A stretch of DNA of 61,218 nt, filler included. It is 4 parts of 4 records of this genome, joined end to end, with 100 filler letters (N's around TTAATTAATTAA, not from the genome) between each part and the next. Parts side by side here need not be neighbours in the genome. Positions count along the whole stretch, not along the records: positions 48,117 to 61,218 come from DRR378314_2729; 3 more parts are not named here. One strand, given 5' to 3'. The position numbers were made by a program, and so were the translations under genes. This document shows positions 60,901 to 61,218 of this stretch, piece by piece. Position 1 is the first letter of the stretch. The number at the start of each line of letters is the position of its first letter. The notes under the pieces were generated by a model. The model worked only from the letters and a program-made list of their open reading frames with translations. It made no database searches and was not told where the DNA came from.

Positions 60901-61134
60901 TGCCAGTCTGATTCCACTGCGGAGCGCAGGAAGGCGGTGGAAGCCAGCGTGAGCGCGGACACTACTGGGGAAGTCGATGCGGAGAGCACTGCGAGCGCAT
61001 CGTCGCCGCGCACTCCGCGGAGCCGCCGCGTTCCCGCAACACATCACGCCACGCCTCCCACGGAAGAAACGGATAGCTCAGCTTACTACCGTACGTTTAA
61101 CAAGTGCTGGTCAGCACTGCCGGTCGATTCGTGA
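54929..61134 (+). CDS. TBC1D31: TBC1D31/WDR67-like WD40 + TBC + coiled-coil protein (exons 54929-55149, 56207-56474, 56794-60459, then uncertain 3' exon)
   Basis: FTSIAF...ADQDGNIY, LRGHKRPCHSVSFHPSGRYALT, YPAKYRALIWRFLLKLPQN, CLAHWSPVF, NWAEGWFDFFP and QYPLFNKYPKFVVDF, followed by a long coiled coil. Confidence 0.88.
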
Positions 61135-61218
61135 TCGGATCATATCGAGCAAGAGTTAGGTCAAGCTTCGCGTCTCCTGCCCGTGGCACAGCGCTGATTG
61201 ATGGTCTTTTTGCCTCGC

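Overview
The window is not one locus. It is four unrelated contigs joined by 100-nt artificial spacers (44 N + TTAATTAATTAA + 44 N) at 12553-12652, 32005-32104 and 48017-48116. Contig 1 (1-12552) looks like Rhodobacteraceae DNA: ethylmalonyl-CoA pathway genes (ccr, ecm), an acyltransferase, H-NS, deoD, a DUF1989 protein, an ornithine decarboxylase with a structured 5' leader, and an sdhA-sulfotransferase-sdhB block. Contig 2 (12653-32004) is an intron-containing, gene-dense eukaryote: TMEM222, MFS transporter, Myt1/Wee1-like kinase, RING and PHD proteins, UXT, and Hsp90 with two unusually long, structured introns. Contig 3 (32105-48016) looks like Hyphomonadaceae/Caulobacterales DNA: MsbA-like ABC transporter, IMPase-DUF4170 fusion, pmbA, MAPEG, CtpA-like phosphatase, an ECF sigma operon, maf, infA, ArsR, an AraC-TonB receptor-MFS-hydrolase cluster and mmsB. 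Contig 4 (48117-61218) is again eukaryotic, probably the same flagellated protist: IQ/coiled-coil protein, calcineurin-B-like protein and TBC1D31. No CRISPR array, tRNA, rRNA, transposase or defence system was seen. The best leads are a candidate riboswitch-like leader on the ornithine decarboxylase, candidate intron-encoded structured RNAs in hsp90, a Myt1-like kinase in a protist, an IMPase-DUF4170 fusion, and a sulfotransferase coupled inside the sdh operon. All protein and taxon calls come from motif recognition by eye, not database searches.
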